Assembly (NCBI RefSeq): GCF_030144855.1
Contig: NW_026781736.1
Location: forward strand, 62,001 to 126,000
Reading direction: 5' to 3'
DNA length: 64,000 nucleotides
Source of the DNA: Hypanus sabinus
Lineage: Eukaryota
Shown here: one piece after another, positions 26,560 to 39,425 of the stretch
Layout: every line of letters starts with the position of its first letter
Numbering within the stretch: position 1 is the first letter of the stretch
Notes under the pieces: model-generated
Told to the model about the DNA's origin: nothing
Databases searched by the model: none
The model's input: the letters and a program-made list of their open reading frames with translations, nothing else
Made by a program: the position numbers and the translations under genes

Positions 26560-27708
26560 TTTCTTTGCCAATTCTCATAATCTGTCTGAGTAGTGGTGCA
26601 GTCTCTCTAATTCCCCAAAACAAAACATCAGCCGATTCACTTCTGACTCTTCCGCTTGTTGTTTCATCAAAGAACCCCAACAGATTTGACAGGCAAGATT
26701 TTCCCCTGAAGAAATCATGCTGACTAAAGCATATTTCACCATGTGTCTCCAGGTAACCTGAGATCTCATCCTTAATAATGGACGCCAACAACTTCCCCAC
26801 CACTGAGTTTAGACTATCTGGCCAAGAAGTTGCTTTCTTCTGCCTCTCTCCCTTCCTGAAGTCTGGAGAGCTGACCCAGAGATTCTTGATAAGAATGCCT
26901 CCACAATCTCTCCGGCCACCTCTTTCAGAAACCTGCGGTGTCACCATCTGGTCCAGGTGGCGAGCCTCCCTTCAGACCTTCAGGTTTCTAGGAACCTCTC
27001 ACTTCTAAAGGTGACCACTCATTTCATGATCCCAGACACCTGGAACTTCCACCAAACCGCCGGTGTCTTCCACAATGTAAAACATCGCAAAACAATTTCT
27101 CACTTCTCACTTCCGCTATTTCCTTGTCCCCCATTGCTACCGCTTCAGCATCTTTTTCCTGCGGTCCGATATCCTCTCTCACCGCTCTTTTACACTTTAT
27201 GCATCTGAAGAAACTTTTAGCATCCTGGTTAATTTTATTGACTGACGTAATTTCGCATTCCACCTTTACCATAAGTAATGACCTTTTCAGTTGCCTTCTG
27301 TTAAGTTTTAAAAGTTTTCCGAATAATCTGACGGCCCATTAATTTGGCTCTATTATATGCCCGCTGTTTCTTTTGTGTGCTGCCTTTGACGTCTCTTGTT
27401 GTCTACGTTTCTGTCACCTTTCCTTTAGAATAATTCTTCCTCTTTGGCATGTATATACCCTGTGCCTTCCGAGTTGCTCCCGGATAATCCTGCCATTGCT
27501 GCTCTGCCGTCACCCCTGCCAGTGTTCTTTTCCGATCAATTCTGGCCCAATACTTCTCATGGCTTTGTAATTCCCCCTAACTCCACTGTAGTACTGACTC
27601 ATCTCACTTCAGGTTCTCCTTCTCAAATTTCTGAATGAATCCGAATTGTGATCACTCACCCCTAAGGTTGCTTTAACCTTAAGCTCTCTAAACAATTCTG
27701 GTTCGTTG
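26560..27708 (-). mobile_element. decayed CR1 LINE
   Basis: SVVGKLLASIIKDEI..GKSCLSNLLGFF (ORF 26528-26947) and KSFFRCIKCKR..DIGP (ORF 27024-27272). Confidence 0.85.
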
Positions 27709-29510
27709 GCGGGCAGCATTGCGTAAAACACCAAGACATTCTACAGGTATGTGAAGAGCAAGAGGATGAGATGTAAAAGAATAGGACCTATCAATTGTGA
27801 CATTGGGAAAGTGTGTATGGGACTGGAAGAAATAACAGACGTACTTAATGAATTCTTTGTTTCAGTATTCACTATGGGAAAGGATCATGTTGATTATAGT
27901 GATGACTTGCAGCAGACTGAAAAACTTCTGCGTGCAGATATTATGAAAGAGGATGTGCTGGAGCTTTTGGAAGGCATTAAGTCGGATAAGTCGCCGGGAG
28001 AGAATGAGATGTACCCCAGGCTACAGTGGGAGGCGAGGAGGGAGATTGCTGAGCCTCTGGCGATGATCTTTGTCTCATCAATGAGGACGGGAGAGGTTCC
28101 GGAGGATTGGAGGGTTGCAGATGTTGTTCCTCTATTCAAGAAAGAGTTCAGAGAAAGCCCAGGAAATTATAGACCAGTGAGTCTTACCTCTGTGGTTGGT
28201 AGGTTGATGGAGAATATCCTGAGAGTCAGGATTTATGAACATTTGGATAAGTATAATATGATTAGGAATAGTCAGCATGGCTTTCTCAAGGGCAGGTCGT
28301 GCCTTACAAGACTGATTAATTTTTTTGAGGATGTGACTAAACACGTTGATGAAAGTAGAGCAGTAGATCCTGTGTATATGGATTTCAGCAAGACATTTGA
28401 TAACGTACCCCATGCAAGGCTTATTGAGAAAGTAAGAAGGCACGGGATCCAAGGGGACATTGCTTTGTTGATACAGAACTGCCTTGCCCACAGAAGGCAA
28501 ACATTGGTTTTAGAGGGGTCATATCCTGCATGGAGGTCGGTCACCACTGGAGTGCCTCAGAGATCTGTTCTGGGAACCACACTCTTCGTGATTATTATAC
28601 ATGACCTGCATGAGGAAGTGGAGAGATTGGTCATTAATTTTGCTGATGACACAAAGGTTGGAGGTGTTATGGATAGTATGGAGGGCTGTCAGAGGTTGCA
28701 GCGGGACAATGATTGGACGCAAAACAGGGCAGGAAGTGGCAGATTGAGTTCAACTAAGGTCAGTGTGAAGTGGTTCGTTTTGGTAGGTCAAATATGAATA
28801 TAGCATTACTGGTAAGGCTCTTGGCAGTGTGGAGGATTAGCGGGATCTTGGGGTCAGCGTCCACTGGACGCTCAAAGCAACTGCGCAGGTTGCCTCCGTG
28901 GTTAAGAAAGCGTACCGTCTGTTGCATAAATCGTATGATTGAATTTAGGAGCTGAGGGGTAATGTTGCGGCTATACAGGACCCTGGTCAGACCCCACTTG
29001 GAGTACTGTGCTCAGTTCTGGTCGCCTCACTACAGGAAGAACGTGGAAACCATAGAGAGGGTGCAGCGGAGATTTATGAGGATGTTGCCTGGATTGGGGA
29101 GCATGCCTTATGAGAATAGGTTGAGTGAACTCGGTCCTTTCTCCTTGGAGCGACGGAAGGTGAGAGGTGACCTGATAGAGGTGTACAAGATAATGAGAGG
29201 CATTGATCGTGGGGACAGTCAGAGGCATTTCCCTGGGCTGAAATGGCTGCCACAAGTGGGCACAGGTTTAAGGTTTTAGGGAGGAGGTACAGAGGGGATG
29301 TCAGGGTAATTTTTTTAGTCAGAGAGTAGTGAGTGCGTAGAATGGGCAGCCGGTAACGGTGTTGGACGCGGATAAAATCGGGACTTTTATGACACTTTTT
29401 GATAGGTACGTGGAGCTTAGAAAAATAGAAATATAGGTAAGGCTAATAATTTCTAAGGTAGTGACCGTTGTGGGCCGAAGGCCCTGTATTCTGCTGTCGG
29501 TTTTCTGTGT
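27709..29510 (+). mobile_element. 5'-truncated CR1 LINE ORF2 (RT) with 3' tail; best-preserved copy but frameshifted
   Basis: ORF 27751-28797 contains PGNYRPVSLTSVVG, SQHGFLKGRSCLT, YMDFSKTFD, GVPQRSVLG and FADDTK. It continues out of frame in 28962-29279 (LYRTLVRPHLEYC.QFWSP). Confidence 0.95.
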
Positions 29511-29970
29511 AGCTTTGTCTCTATCACGTGATCATGGCAATCCAACTCCGTGGACCAGAGCGCCGCCCGCTGGCAGAACAACAGCGGTGCATCACAGCAG
29601 AAGACCTCCGCTCCTTTCAATGCTTGACCTGCCGCTGCCCACGAGGGCAATTAGCGGACTGGTGTTCACTGCAAGACCGTTGAAGTTCAGGAAGCGGGAT
29701 GTAATGATAGACTTGCAGAGGGTGAGGCCACGCCTGGAGCACTCAGCACAGTTCTGGGCCCACTGTTTGGAAATGATGGGCAGTCTTCAATTGAGATGAG
29801 GTTATTGCGGCTGCTCTTCAGGCTGAGAGGCAGCGCTATCACAAGAGTGCAGAGGGTTCCCACAATATTCTCCGGAGTTTAAAAGAATGAAAGGGGAAGG
29901 AACTAAAATAAACCACGTCCCCAGGAGACAACGGCCCTGGGTCGCTCAGCCATGATCGTGTTGAAAGATT

Positions 29971-30390
29971 GATGGGCCGAGCGGCCCGCTGCTGCTCTCT
30001 GATCTGATAGTGCGTGCATTCAGTGGTGTGGGTCAGTGCACGGAGAGCGGGGGTGGGGGGAGTGAACGGCACTGGGCGATGGGCCGAGCTGCCTGCTACT
30101 GCTCTCTGATCTGATAGTGCGTGCATTCAGTGGTGTGGGTCAGTGCACGGAGAGCGGGGGTGGGGGGGAGTGAACGGCACTGGGTGATGGGCCGAGCGGC
30201 CTGCTACTGCTCTCTGATCTGATAGTGCGTGCATTCAGTGGTGTGGGTCAGTGCACGGAGAGCGGGGGTGGGGGGGAGTGAACGGCACTGGGCGATGGGC
30301 CGAGCTGCCTGCTACTGCTCTCTGATCTGATAGTGCGTGCATTCAGTGGTGTGGGTCAGTGCACGGAGAGCGGGGGTGGGGGGGAGTGAA
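29971..30390. repeat. 107-108-bp minisatellite, ~3.9 copies
   Basis: Units start gatgggccgag at 29971, 30078, 30186 and 30294. Confidence 0.95.
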
Positions 30391-30489
30391 ACAGAGTCTG
30401 TGAAGGACGTTGTTGCGGAGAGGAGAGAGAAAGCGGAGCGGAGAGAGAATATCAGACGCAGAAGTGAGGGTGGGGGACACATGCTGCGA

Positions 30490-32680
30490 TTTCAGAGCGA
30501 GGAGCATAAATCACAGGCAGAGTATGCAAATGGAATAAAGGGAATTACAGAGGCATGAGAGAGGAGCTTGCCCAGGTGGGTTGGAGGGGGATGCTGACGG
30601 GGGTGACGGCGGAACAGAGGGAGGTGCAGTCTGTGGCAATAGTTCACAAGTGGCAGCACAGAAGCGTCCACTGAATATGCAGGGGAGGCAGCCGTGGCTG
30701 ACAAGGAAAGCCTGGGACGACTTAAAAGCCCAAGGAAAGGACGTACATGGAAACAAAGGGGAGTGGACATTTGAACGACTGGGAAGCCGTGGAAGTCCAA
30801 CAAGAGGCAATTTTTATTAAAACGGCCTGCTCCTCTCACTGAGCATGCTCCCTTCTCCTTCACATATCGACCCTCCTGCCATCGATGCCGCCACCTTCTT
30901 TCACTAACCCTGCCCCTAATCTACGAGTAGATCCCACAGTCCACTGTCCCCTCTTGTAACATATCGCCCTGCTGCCGGGAGCAGGCCTGGCCTCTTCCCA
31001 GCTGTCCCCGCGCGGGGCGGTGGAAATCGCGTCGCCCGAAGGCCCTGGTTCTCCTTTTGTAGATACACTGTTCTTCCGTCAAAAAGTCCTAGGGATCTCC
31101 GAAAAGTGAAGATATTTTTATTCCGAATAGTTAAGATTTTCCGAATATGTAATAGTTCACAAAGCGCAGGACAGATACGTCCCACTGAAGAACTTCTCAA
31201 AACGCAGTGTAGGCCACCGTGGCTGACAAGGGAAGGTGAGAACGGCAGGAGAGCCCAAGGAAAGGACGGAAATGGCAACAAAGGGGAGTGGACAGTTCAA
31301 TGATTGGGACGCTGTGCAAGTCCAGCAAGAGGCAATTGCTATGAAAGGCGGTAAGTGATGAAACAGTGAAATGTGAAGGCTAACTCGGCAATAAGATAAA
31401 GTGGCATATCAGAAGTTTATTTTTCAGTTCTATAAAGAATAAAAAGGCGTTGAGAATTGATATTGGACCATTCCAGAATGATGCTGCTGAGGTAGTAATG
31501 GACGACAACGAAATGGCGGATGAACTGAATGGGAAATCCGCATCAGTCTCCACGGTGCGAGTCACTATCAGTGTGCCCGAGCCCCCGGAGTGCGATCACT
31601 ACTGCAAAGGAAAAGGTGCGAGTCAAACACGAAGGCCTTACGTCACCGGAACCAGATGGACTACATCACAGAGTCCGGAGAGAGGTTGCTCATAGTTACT
31701 GAATGCATGGGTCATGATCTTTCCAGAATCACTCGATCCCGGCATGGCCCAGGAGGACGGGAAATTTCCAGCTGTCACACCGCTGTTTAAGGAGGCAGGA
31801 GGGCAAAAGAGAGGACATAGCAGCCGGACCTCAGTGGCTGGGGAAGTGTTGGGAGTCTATTATTTAGTGCGAGGTTTTGGAGACGAATGATAAAATAAGC
31901 CAAAGTCAGGATGTCATCTGTGAAGGGAAATCTCACCTGACACAAAAAGTGCAAAACTTTAAAGGGCAAAACGTTTCGGATTGAATACGGCGTTGGGAAA
32001 CGCATGATAATGCATTTTGGTAAAAAGGAACAATTGTGCGGACTGTTATGTAAATGGGGAGGGACTTCAAACATCAGAGGGGCAGAGCTTGGGTCTTGGC
32101 GCAAGACTGCCAGCAGGCTGATTCTCTGAAAAAGAGGGCAGGTGCAATGTTGGCGTTTCTCTGAAGTGGAATAGGATGTAAAATGGAAGAGATGTTCTGG
32201 AGCTTTATCAGAAACTCGTCAGGCCACACCGTCTGTCAAAAGCTTTTCGGGCCTCCTGTCTCAGAAAGGATGTATTGCCATGCGACAGAGTCCAGAGGAG
32301 GCTCGCGAGGATGGCTCCGGGAACGAAGCGGTTAACATGGGAGGAGCGTTTGGCAGCTTCGGGCCTGGACTCACTGGAATTTCGAAGAAAGCCGGGGGTC
32401 TCACTGAGGGGCCAGTCTTTGGGAACAGAAGTAAGAAGGATGTTTCTGGTCAAACAACGGTGACCCTGTGGGATGCTCTGCCACAGTCTGCGGTGGAGGG
32501 CAAGTCCGTGGGAATACTGGAGCGGAGGTTAATAGATGCGTGATGGCACGGGGCATCACGGGATATGTTGAGAGGGCGGGTGTATGGAGGTGAATGGGAT
32601 CCGGTATCAGCCGTGATGAAATGGCGGTGAGACTGGATGGCCTGAATGACTAACTCTACCCCTATGTCTTATCGTCTTTT
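30490..32680 (+). mobile_element. heavily decayed CR1 LINE with an internal duplication and insertion
   Basis: QPWLTR, RIDIGP..EMADELN and RVQRRLARMAPG remnants; CR1-type tail near 32640-32680. Confidence 0.75.
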
Positions 32681-33711
32681 CGTCTTACCACACTGTGCCC
32701 AGTGACGCGGAGAGGGGTAGGGAGCTCCAGCTAAGAGGGGCTCAAAAAGAGAGTTAGATTCTGGAGGAGGGAGTGAGGAAGGCGGAGTGTGAGAGGCGGT
32801 GCAAGGTGGGAGGAGGAGGAGAGGGAGATGGACGCGAAGAGGGAAGGAGCGAGGGAGAGTGAAGTTAAAAGGATAGTAGAGGGAGGGTTAGGAGGGGGAG
32901 GAAACATTAGGGTCTCTGACACGATTGCAAACGTTCTGAAAGATTCCGAACTCCGGGATCTCTTGTGGCGAGGTTGGGGAGAGAATGGCCGGAAATTGTC
33001 CTACCGTCCAACTCTACTGCTTAATTTCTCGTCTCCCTGGCGACCCTCCCACCGCAGTCTCACGCCCTCGGTCCCGCGCACCCTTTCTGTGTATCCCACC
33101 CGCCTGACTCTGTGTCTGTCACTAACCTTTTCCAAGATGAAACCCGATAAATAACTAAATAGCCGTTTGTATGTCGCGATGAGAGGGTTAAGGACAGATT
33201 GCTGCCTCCCATTCAAGACACCGCCTCCTCCCACCGGCTCCTCCCAGTGACAGAGCCGCGAGCCCCAGCGACCCTGCCACCACCTTCCACTGAACCCACC
33301 ATACCCCCATGGTTTCCGCCCCGCTTCCCACTGGCTGGCGTCCCCTATTCTCAGTGACCCTGACCCTGCCTCACACTGATCCCGTCCCCGACAACTTACT
33401 GACCTCGCCCTTCGTTCCATTCACCGCCCCACCTCCCGCTTGCCCAGTCACTTCCTTGCACTGACTACGCCCCGCCCATACTGACTCCGTCCTCTCTTCC
33501 CGCTGGCTCCGCCCACTCATCTCAATGGCCCCGCCCCCTCCTCACACTGAGCATGCTCCCTTCTCCGCTGCGCATCGACCCTCCTCCCATCGATGCCACC
33601 ACCTCCCTTCACTAACCCTGCCCCTGGTAGATCACCGAATCTACTATCCCCTCCTGTGACATATCGCTGGGAGCAGGCCTGGCATCTTCTCAGCTGTCCC
33701 CGCGCAGGGCT

Positions 33712-33935
33712 GTATTTGCGAATGTAAACACTCCAAATACCGATGACTCCTTGTTCTTTGAACGTCTTTTCTCGTTTCTGCCTGATTTGAATCGGTATTC
33801 CTTAGTGATCGGTGGAGATTTTAATTTTTGGCTTGACCCTATATTAGACCGCTCTTCAAGTAAAACCCCTGTCAGTAATAAATCACTTACTTTTTAAATA
33901 TTTTTATCTCAATGTGGTATTCTTGACGTGCGGCC
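33712..33935 (+). mobile_element. L1-clade endonuclease fragment
   Basis: VFANVNTPNTDDSLFFERLFSFLPDLNRYSLVIGGDFNFWLDPILDRSS (GGDFN motif). Confidence 0.8.
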
Positions 33936-34791
33936 GGTTTCCTGCTAAAAAAAAGTCCCCAGTTATTGCATCTGCGAAAATTTAAATTATTTTTTTTGAA
34001 TACTTTGGAAGTCCGGAAGCCAGAACGAAATCACCAAAGAGGTGTTCTGAAACCCGAAGCTTCCGATCGCAAACAGTGACGCGAGAATGTATCTGCCAGA
34101 TGGATAACTTTCAGCCAAAGGAATCAAATCAAGCTGAGAAACAGTTTAAGTATGTCTTCGGCATGGCTGATAGGAATTCAATCCTACCTGCTGGAAGGAG
34201 CACCTGTTAGTCTGGACAGAGTTTGGGTAAGCGCCGAAGACAGGAGGGTAAATAATGACTGACCAACTTCAATACGTTCAGTGACTTGTTCAACCTCCCT
34301 CGTGTAACTGTGCTGCAAATTCGCTGCTCTCGCGATAATTCACAGTAAAATAACGATCTGTAATTCTCTGTTCTATCAGACCATTTCAAAGAACGTTATT
34401 AACAAGCGAAAGGACTGACTGTCAGCTAGTCTATGATAAATATGCCTCACCGACAGGTGTTATTTTATATCTAGAGCAGCTTCAGGTTTGCCTCCACTTC
34501 AGAGATTCAGTGCGCGCGTGTTGTGGTCACCAGGCAAACAGATTGTCCGGCACAAGATCATTGCTCACACTGGCCATGACAGTTTAGAGGGGTCATCGAT
34601 CAGCCTCGACCCGTCTCGCTAGCAGCGTGTTCCGCGCACCCACCGGTCTCTGCGTGACACAAAAACAAACAAAATCTACCCCTGGCAACACCCCAGCCCC
34701 TCAGTTCCCTCCAGTCCCCGTAATCAAAGGTCACGTCTTACCCTCCTTCCCCCAAAGTGAAAAGCGCTGGCTCACTCAAACACTCCTCATA

Positions 34792-35290
34792 CACAGAACT
34801 GCCGCTCCCTGGATTTACGTGCAATGTGTGTTTACTCTCGCCTTCCTCTCAGCTTGAACTGGTCTGGCAATTCTCCTCGGACCTCACCCATTGAAAAGGT
34901 GTCCCCCCCCCCCACAGAACTGCCGCTCCCTGGATTTACGTGCAATGTGTGTTTACTCTCCCCTTCCTCTCAGCTTGAACTAGTCTGGCCATTCTCCTCG
35001 GACATCTCCCATTGAAAAGGTGTTCCCCCCTCCAACAGAACTGCCGCTCCCTGCATTTACGTGCAATGTGTGTTTACTCTCCCCTTCCTCTCAGCTTTAA
35101 CTAGTCTGGCCATTCTCCTCGGACCTCTCCCATTGAAAACGTGTCCCCCCCCCCCACAGAACTGCCGCTCCCTGGATTTACGTGCAATGTGTGTTTACTC
35201 TCCCCTTCCTCTCAGCTTGAACTATTCTGGCCATTCTCCTCGGACCTCTCCCATTGAAAAGGTGTCTCCCCGCCCCCACAGAACTGCCGA
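34792..35290 (-). repeat. 121-bp minisatellite (4 copies) derived from Tc1 transposase sequence; ~1.3 further copies at 38082-38260
   Basis: Units start at 34792, 34913, 35034, 35155 and 35277. The minus strand encodes LFNGRGPRRMARIVQAERK, homologous to the Tc1 remnant at ~12920-13030. Confidence 0.88.
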
Positions 35291-36320
35291 CCACTGGAAT
35301 TAACTTTTGTTTCGAAGCAAAATTAATCCCACGGTCAAAGTCCGTTAAAACCGATTTCATCCTTTTTCCGAATTATGACTTGTTAAGCGTCTGGTCATCT
35401 CTCATTCTTCTCGGTGTTAACCTGGCAAGATTACGTGGGGAGCGCCAGTACTAATGGGACTCGTTCCGACAACAATCAGTCTATACCGGTGAGAGGGAAA
35501 TCACTACACAGAGCCCTCTAGGCTCAGGACAGGGAGCTGGGGCTGACTCCACGGCCAGATCTGCCAGGATATGATTGTCCTGACTGACCAGGTGGCCGAC
35601 CCCTGCTCCTGTACTCTCCGTTGTTGTGTAAGGGGAGCGGGGGGTGGGACATAGAAAGGGAGGGAGGGGGCTTCAGAAGGGACGGACCAGGAGGCGAAGC
35701 AGAGAAATGATCAGCCGATCAGATCTTGGGCCGGCAGGTGGAGACCTCCGCCAAAACCGTCACCATTAAACCCTTCCCCACTTCCCCAGGCATCCCACGA
35801 ATCCCCTCCGCACATGCAACTCCGCCCTCCCCGTGGGATGATCACCAGCCCCAGAAAGAGGCAAAACACAGAGTCAATTGAATCAATGCAATTTTATTTA
35901 TGCGAAATGTCTGCAGTCGAACATCCACCGCGCTCGGGGCTCCGGCGAGCTGAAAGAATGCGGGTGGGGGCGAGGTATCGGGACCACTGGGACCCCATTG
36001 ACCTTTGGGTGGGGGTGATCAGGGAGAGGGGAGTGGATGCTTGGAGGGGCCACTGATCTGTAATCTACCCATCAGCCCTCCGATGGGGGGGGTCGGTCGG
36101 GGAGTGGGCTTTCGGCCGGAGCACAGGAAGATCCAAGTGAGCTGATATTGAACCACCTGGCGGGAGTGGGGTCCTGGTATTCCCCGGTGTTACCGGCCGA
36201 CAGCACGGTCGAGCGGTGTGGCCGGGATGTGGGAGAAGGGGGCGGTGGTGGAGGGGTTGCCGCTGGTGGGCGATCCGTGGCGGTTAGAAGCAGAGCGAGG
36301 TCGGTGCGAGTGCGGTGTCC

Positions 36321-37326
36321 TCACTCCCTCCAGACGAGGGGAACCAGGTGATCGTTCCTCATGTTGTTTTCCGCCTGCGCGACCAGAAACGGACCACCAC
36401 AAGGCGAGTCGTAGATTTCAACGTGGAGATAATTGTGGGTGAATCCAGTATCGACCTGTTCAGGGGAAAGGGGAGGAAAGGTGATGAGAGATGGTGGTAC
36501 TGTCGCCCATCCACACCACCCTCCCCCACGTCCTCCACCCTCCCTCGTCCCCACAGTCACCCATTCCGCCAGGACACCTCGCTCCATCTTTGTCAACCCC
36601 TTCCTCCCGTATACATTTCGGCACCTTCGTTATCTCCTCCTATCCTATTTCTCCGTAGCGTGTCCGTCGCAACCTCCCTCCCCTACACGCATCCCCGTCT
36701 CCATTGCTCCAAACTCCCCGACGCCCTCACACTGCGACAACCACTCCGTTCGGGATACGGTTCCCGGTCTCCGTCAACTCGTCCCCTCATTACACACGAT
36801 ACACGTTCGTCACTCACTCCCATGTACCCGTCTCCCTCTACGTCAGCCCCTCTTTCCCCTGTACCGCTCCACATTTTCATCAAGCCCTCCCTCCTCTACA
36901 CACGTTGGCGTGTGCGTCACTCACTCCCATGCACCCCTCCAAATCTACGTCACCCCGCACCCCGATACCATTTCCGTCTTCGTTCACCCCTCCCGTACAC
37001 CCCATCGCAACTTGGTCACAATCCCCCCCTCCCCATAGCCCTTCTCGAATCCGAGATTTCTTCCTCCCCCTACTCACCACCCTGTCTTCGTCACTCTTTC
37101 CCCCTCTACGCACCTCCACGCCTCCATCGCGCGCGTCCTACCACTACAACACTCCCCGTCTCCGTCAGTTCCTCCTCCCCCTACACTCTCCCAAGAGTGT
37201 GACGCTCCGCTCCGGAGACATTACCTTGACCAGATACATGGTGCCAATCACCTCCGACACACGAAATTCTATCGGCTCAAAGCTAGTCACTTTCTGACTG
37301 CAATTCTTCTCCACTGCAGGCCTCAC
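36321..37326 (-). pseudogene. duplicated exons 2 (37225-37326) and 3 (36321-36455) of stefin-like gene A with no exon 1 of their own; partial duplicate or alternative 3' cassette
   Basis: Intact splice sites and frames. Exon 2 reads VRPAVEKNCSQKVTSFEPIEFRVSEVIGTMYLVK and exon 3 matches the 39291-39425 copy. No exon-1-like sequence in 37327-38860. Confidence 0.75.
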
Positions 37327-38039
37327 CTGGGCAGGGCAGAAAATCTCTCAGAGCCTCCGAAAAGGATTGCTAAACCACCGGAGTGGGACAAGGCAGAAGC
37401 CCCGTATTATCTGACCGTCTCCGCCTAACTCCTCCACTATACTTTGTCCAATACATCTCTCCTCTCCACTCCACCCCCTCTGTCCTGCGCTCTCTTGTCC
37501 TTTCTCACCCTCGCTTTCCAGATCTTTCGTTCCCCATCTCCCTTTTCTCCCCTCCTCTCCCCATCTGACGCCTCTCCTCTCTACCCTCACTCTTTCAACT
37601 CTACAAGACTCATTTTGTTCTTCACACCATGATCTCTCTCTCCTTCATCAGCTCTACCATCTTTCTCGCCCCTTTTCTCTCGTCATTCTCCGCCCTTCAT
37701 TCTGTCGCGCTGTCCTTCCCTCCCTCTTGCTGTCTCTCCCGGACTCACTCACTCTCTCCCGTCGCTCTCCCTCCCTCTCTACCCTCTCCACCACATCGCC
37801 CTCTCCGCCATCCTTCCTTCCCTCCATACTGTCTCCATACCTCCATTCTTTTTCTCTCGCACTTTTCTCTCTTCTCTCCTCCCTTAGCCGTAGTCGCTCA
37901 CTTCGTCCTCACTCACCGCTTCTCCCCTCTCCCCGAGTCCTGTCTCTACTCCATTATTTCTGGCAATCTCTTTCACCCTTCGTATCCACCGTTTATCTTG
38001 CCCCGTCTCAGACCTGTGTCTCTCCCCCTTCACTCCCAC

Positions 38040-38074
<35 letters not shown>

Positions 38075-38863
38075 CCCCCCCCCTCGGACCTCTCCCATTG
38101 AAAAGGTGTTTCCCCCCTCCCCACAGAACTGCCGCTCCCTGGATTTACGTGCAATGTGTGTTTACTCTCCCCTTCCTCTCAGCTTGAACTGGTCTGGCCA
38201 TTCTCCTCGGACCTCTCCCATTGAAAAGGTGTTTCCCCCCCCCCGCCCACAGAACTGCCGACCACTGGAATTAACTTTTGTTTCGAAGCAAAATTAATCC
38301 CACGGTCAAAGTCCGTTAAAACCGATTTCATCCTTTTTCCGAATTATGACTTGTTAAGCGTCTGGTCATCTCTCATTCTTCTCGGTGTTAACCTGGCAAG
38401 ATTACGTGGGGAGCGCCAGTACTAATGGGACTCGTTCCGACAACAATCAGTCTATACCGGTGAGAGGGAAATCACTACACAGAGCCCTCTAGGCTCAGGA
38501 CAGGGAGCTGGGGCTGACTCCACGGCCAGATCTGCCAGGATATGATTGTCCTGACTGACCAGGTGGCCGACCCCTGCTCCTGTACTCTCCGTTGTTGTGT
38601 AAGGGGAGCGGGGGGTGGGACATAGAAAGGGAGGGAGGGGGCTTCAGAAGGGACGGACCAGGAGGCGAAGCAGAGAAATGATCAGCCGATCAGATCTTGG
38701 GCCGGCAGGTGGAGACCTCCGCCAAAACCGTCACCATTAAACCCTTCCCCACTTCCCCAGGCATCCCACGAATCCCCTCCGCACATGCAACTCCGCCCTC
38801 CCCGTGGGATGATCACCAGCCCCAGAAAGAGGCAAAACACAGAGTCAATTGAATCAATGCAAT

Positions 38864-38869
38864 TTTATT
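38864..38869 (-). terminator. polyadenylation signal of gene A (second copy at 35893-35898)
   Basis: AATAAA ~420 nt after the stop codon, followed by GT/T-rich ctctgtgttttg. Confidence 0.75.
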
Positions 38870-39290
38870 TATGCGAAATGTCTGCAGTCGAACATCCACC
38901 GCGCTCGGGGCTCCGGCGAGCTGAAAGAATGCGGGTGGGGGCGAGGTATCGGGACCAATGGGACCCCATTGACCTTTGGGTGGGGGTGATCAGGGAGAGG
39001 GGAGTGGATGCTTGGAGGGGCCACTGATGTGTAATCTACCCCTCAGCCCTCCGATGGGGGGTCGGTCGGGGAGTGGGCTTTCGGCCGGAGCACAGGAAGA
39101 TCCAAGTGAGCTGATATTGAACCACCTGGCGGGAGTGGGGGTCCTGGTATTCCCCGGTGTTACAGGCCGACAGCACGGTCGAGCGGTGTGGCCGGGATGT
39201 GGGAGAAGGGGGCGGTGGTGGAGGGGTTGCCGCTGGTGGGCGATCCGTGGCGGTTAGAAGCAGAGCGAGGTCGGTGCGAGTGCGGTGTCC

Positions 39291-39425
39291 TCACTCCCTC
39301 CAGACGAGGGGAACCAGGTGATCGTTCCTCATGTTGTTTTCCGCCTGCGCGACCAGAAACGGACCACCACAAGGCGAGTCGTAGATTTCAACGTGGAGAT
39401 AATTGTGGGTGAATCCAGTATCGAC
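39291..39425 (-). CDS. stefin-like gene A, exon 3 (to stop)
   Basis: ctgaacag|GTC...TGA: VDTGFTHNYLHVEIYDSPCGGPFLVAQAENNMRNDHLVPLVWRE*, comparable to cystatin B VHVGDEDFVHLRVFQSLP. Confidence 0.88.
   Translation of the reverse strand, partial: VDTGFTHNYLHVEIYDSPCGGPFLVAQAENNMRNDHLVPLVWRE

Noticed and set aside
27751-29279. 348-aa RT ORF as an active or domesticated gene
   Set aside because: 5'-truncated, lacks the endonuclease, has degenerate motifs, and is frameshifted before the C-terminus.
33160-33192. TTAACCCT piggyBac-like end on the minus strand
   Set aside because: No matching second terminus found.
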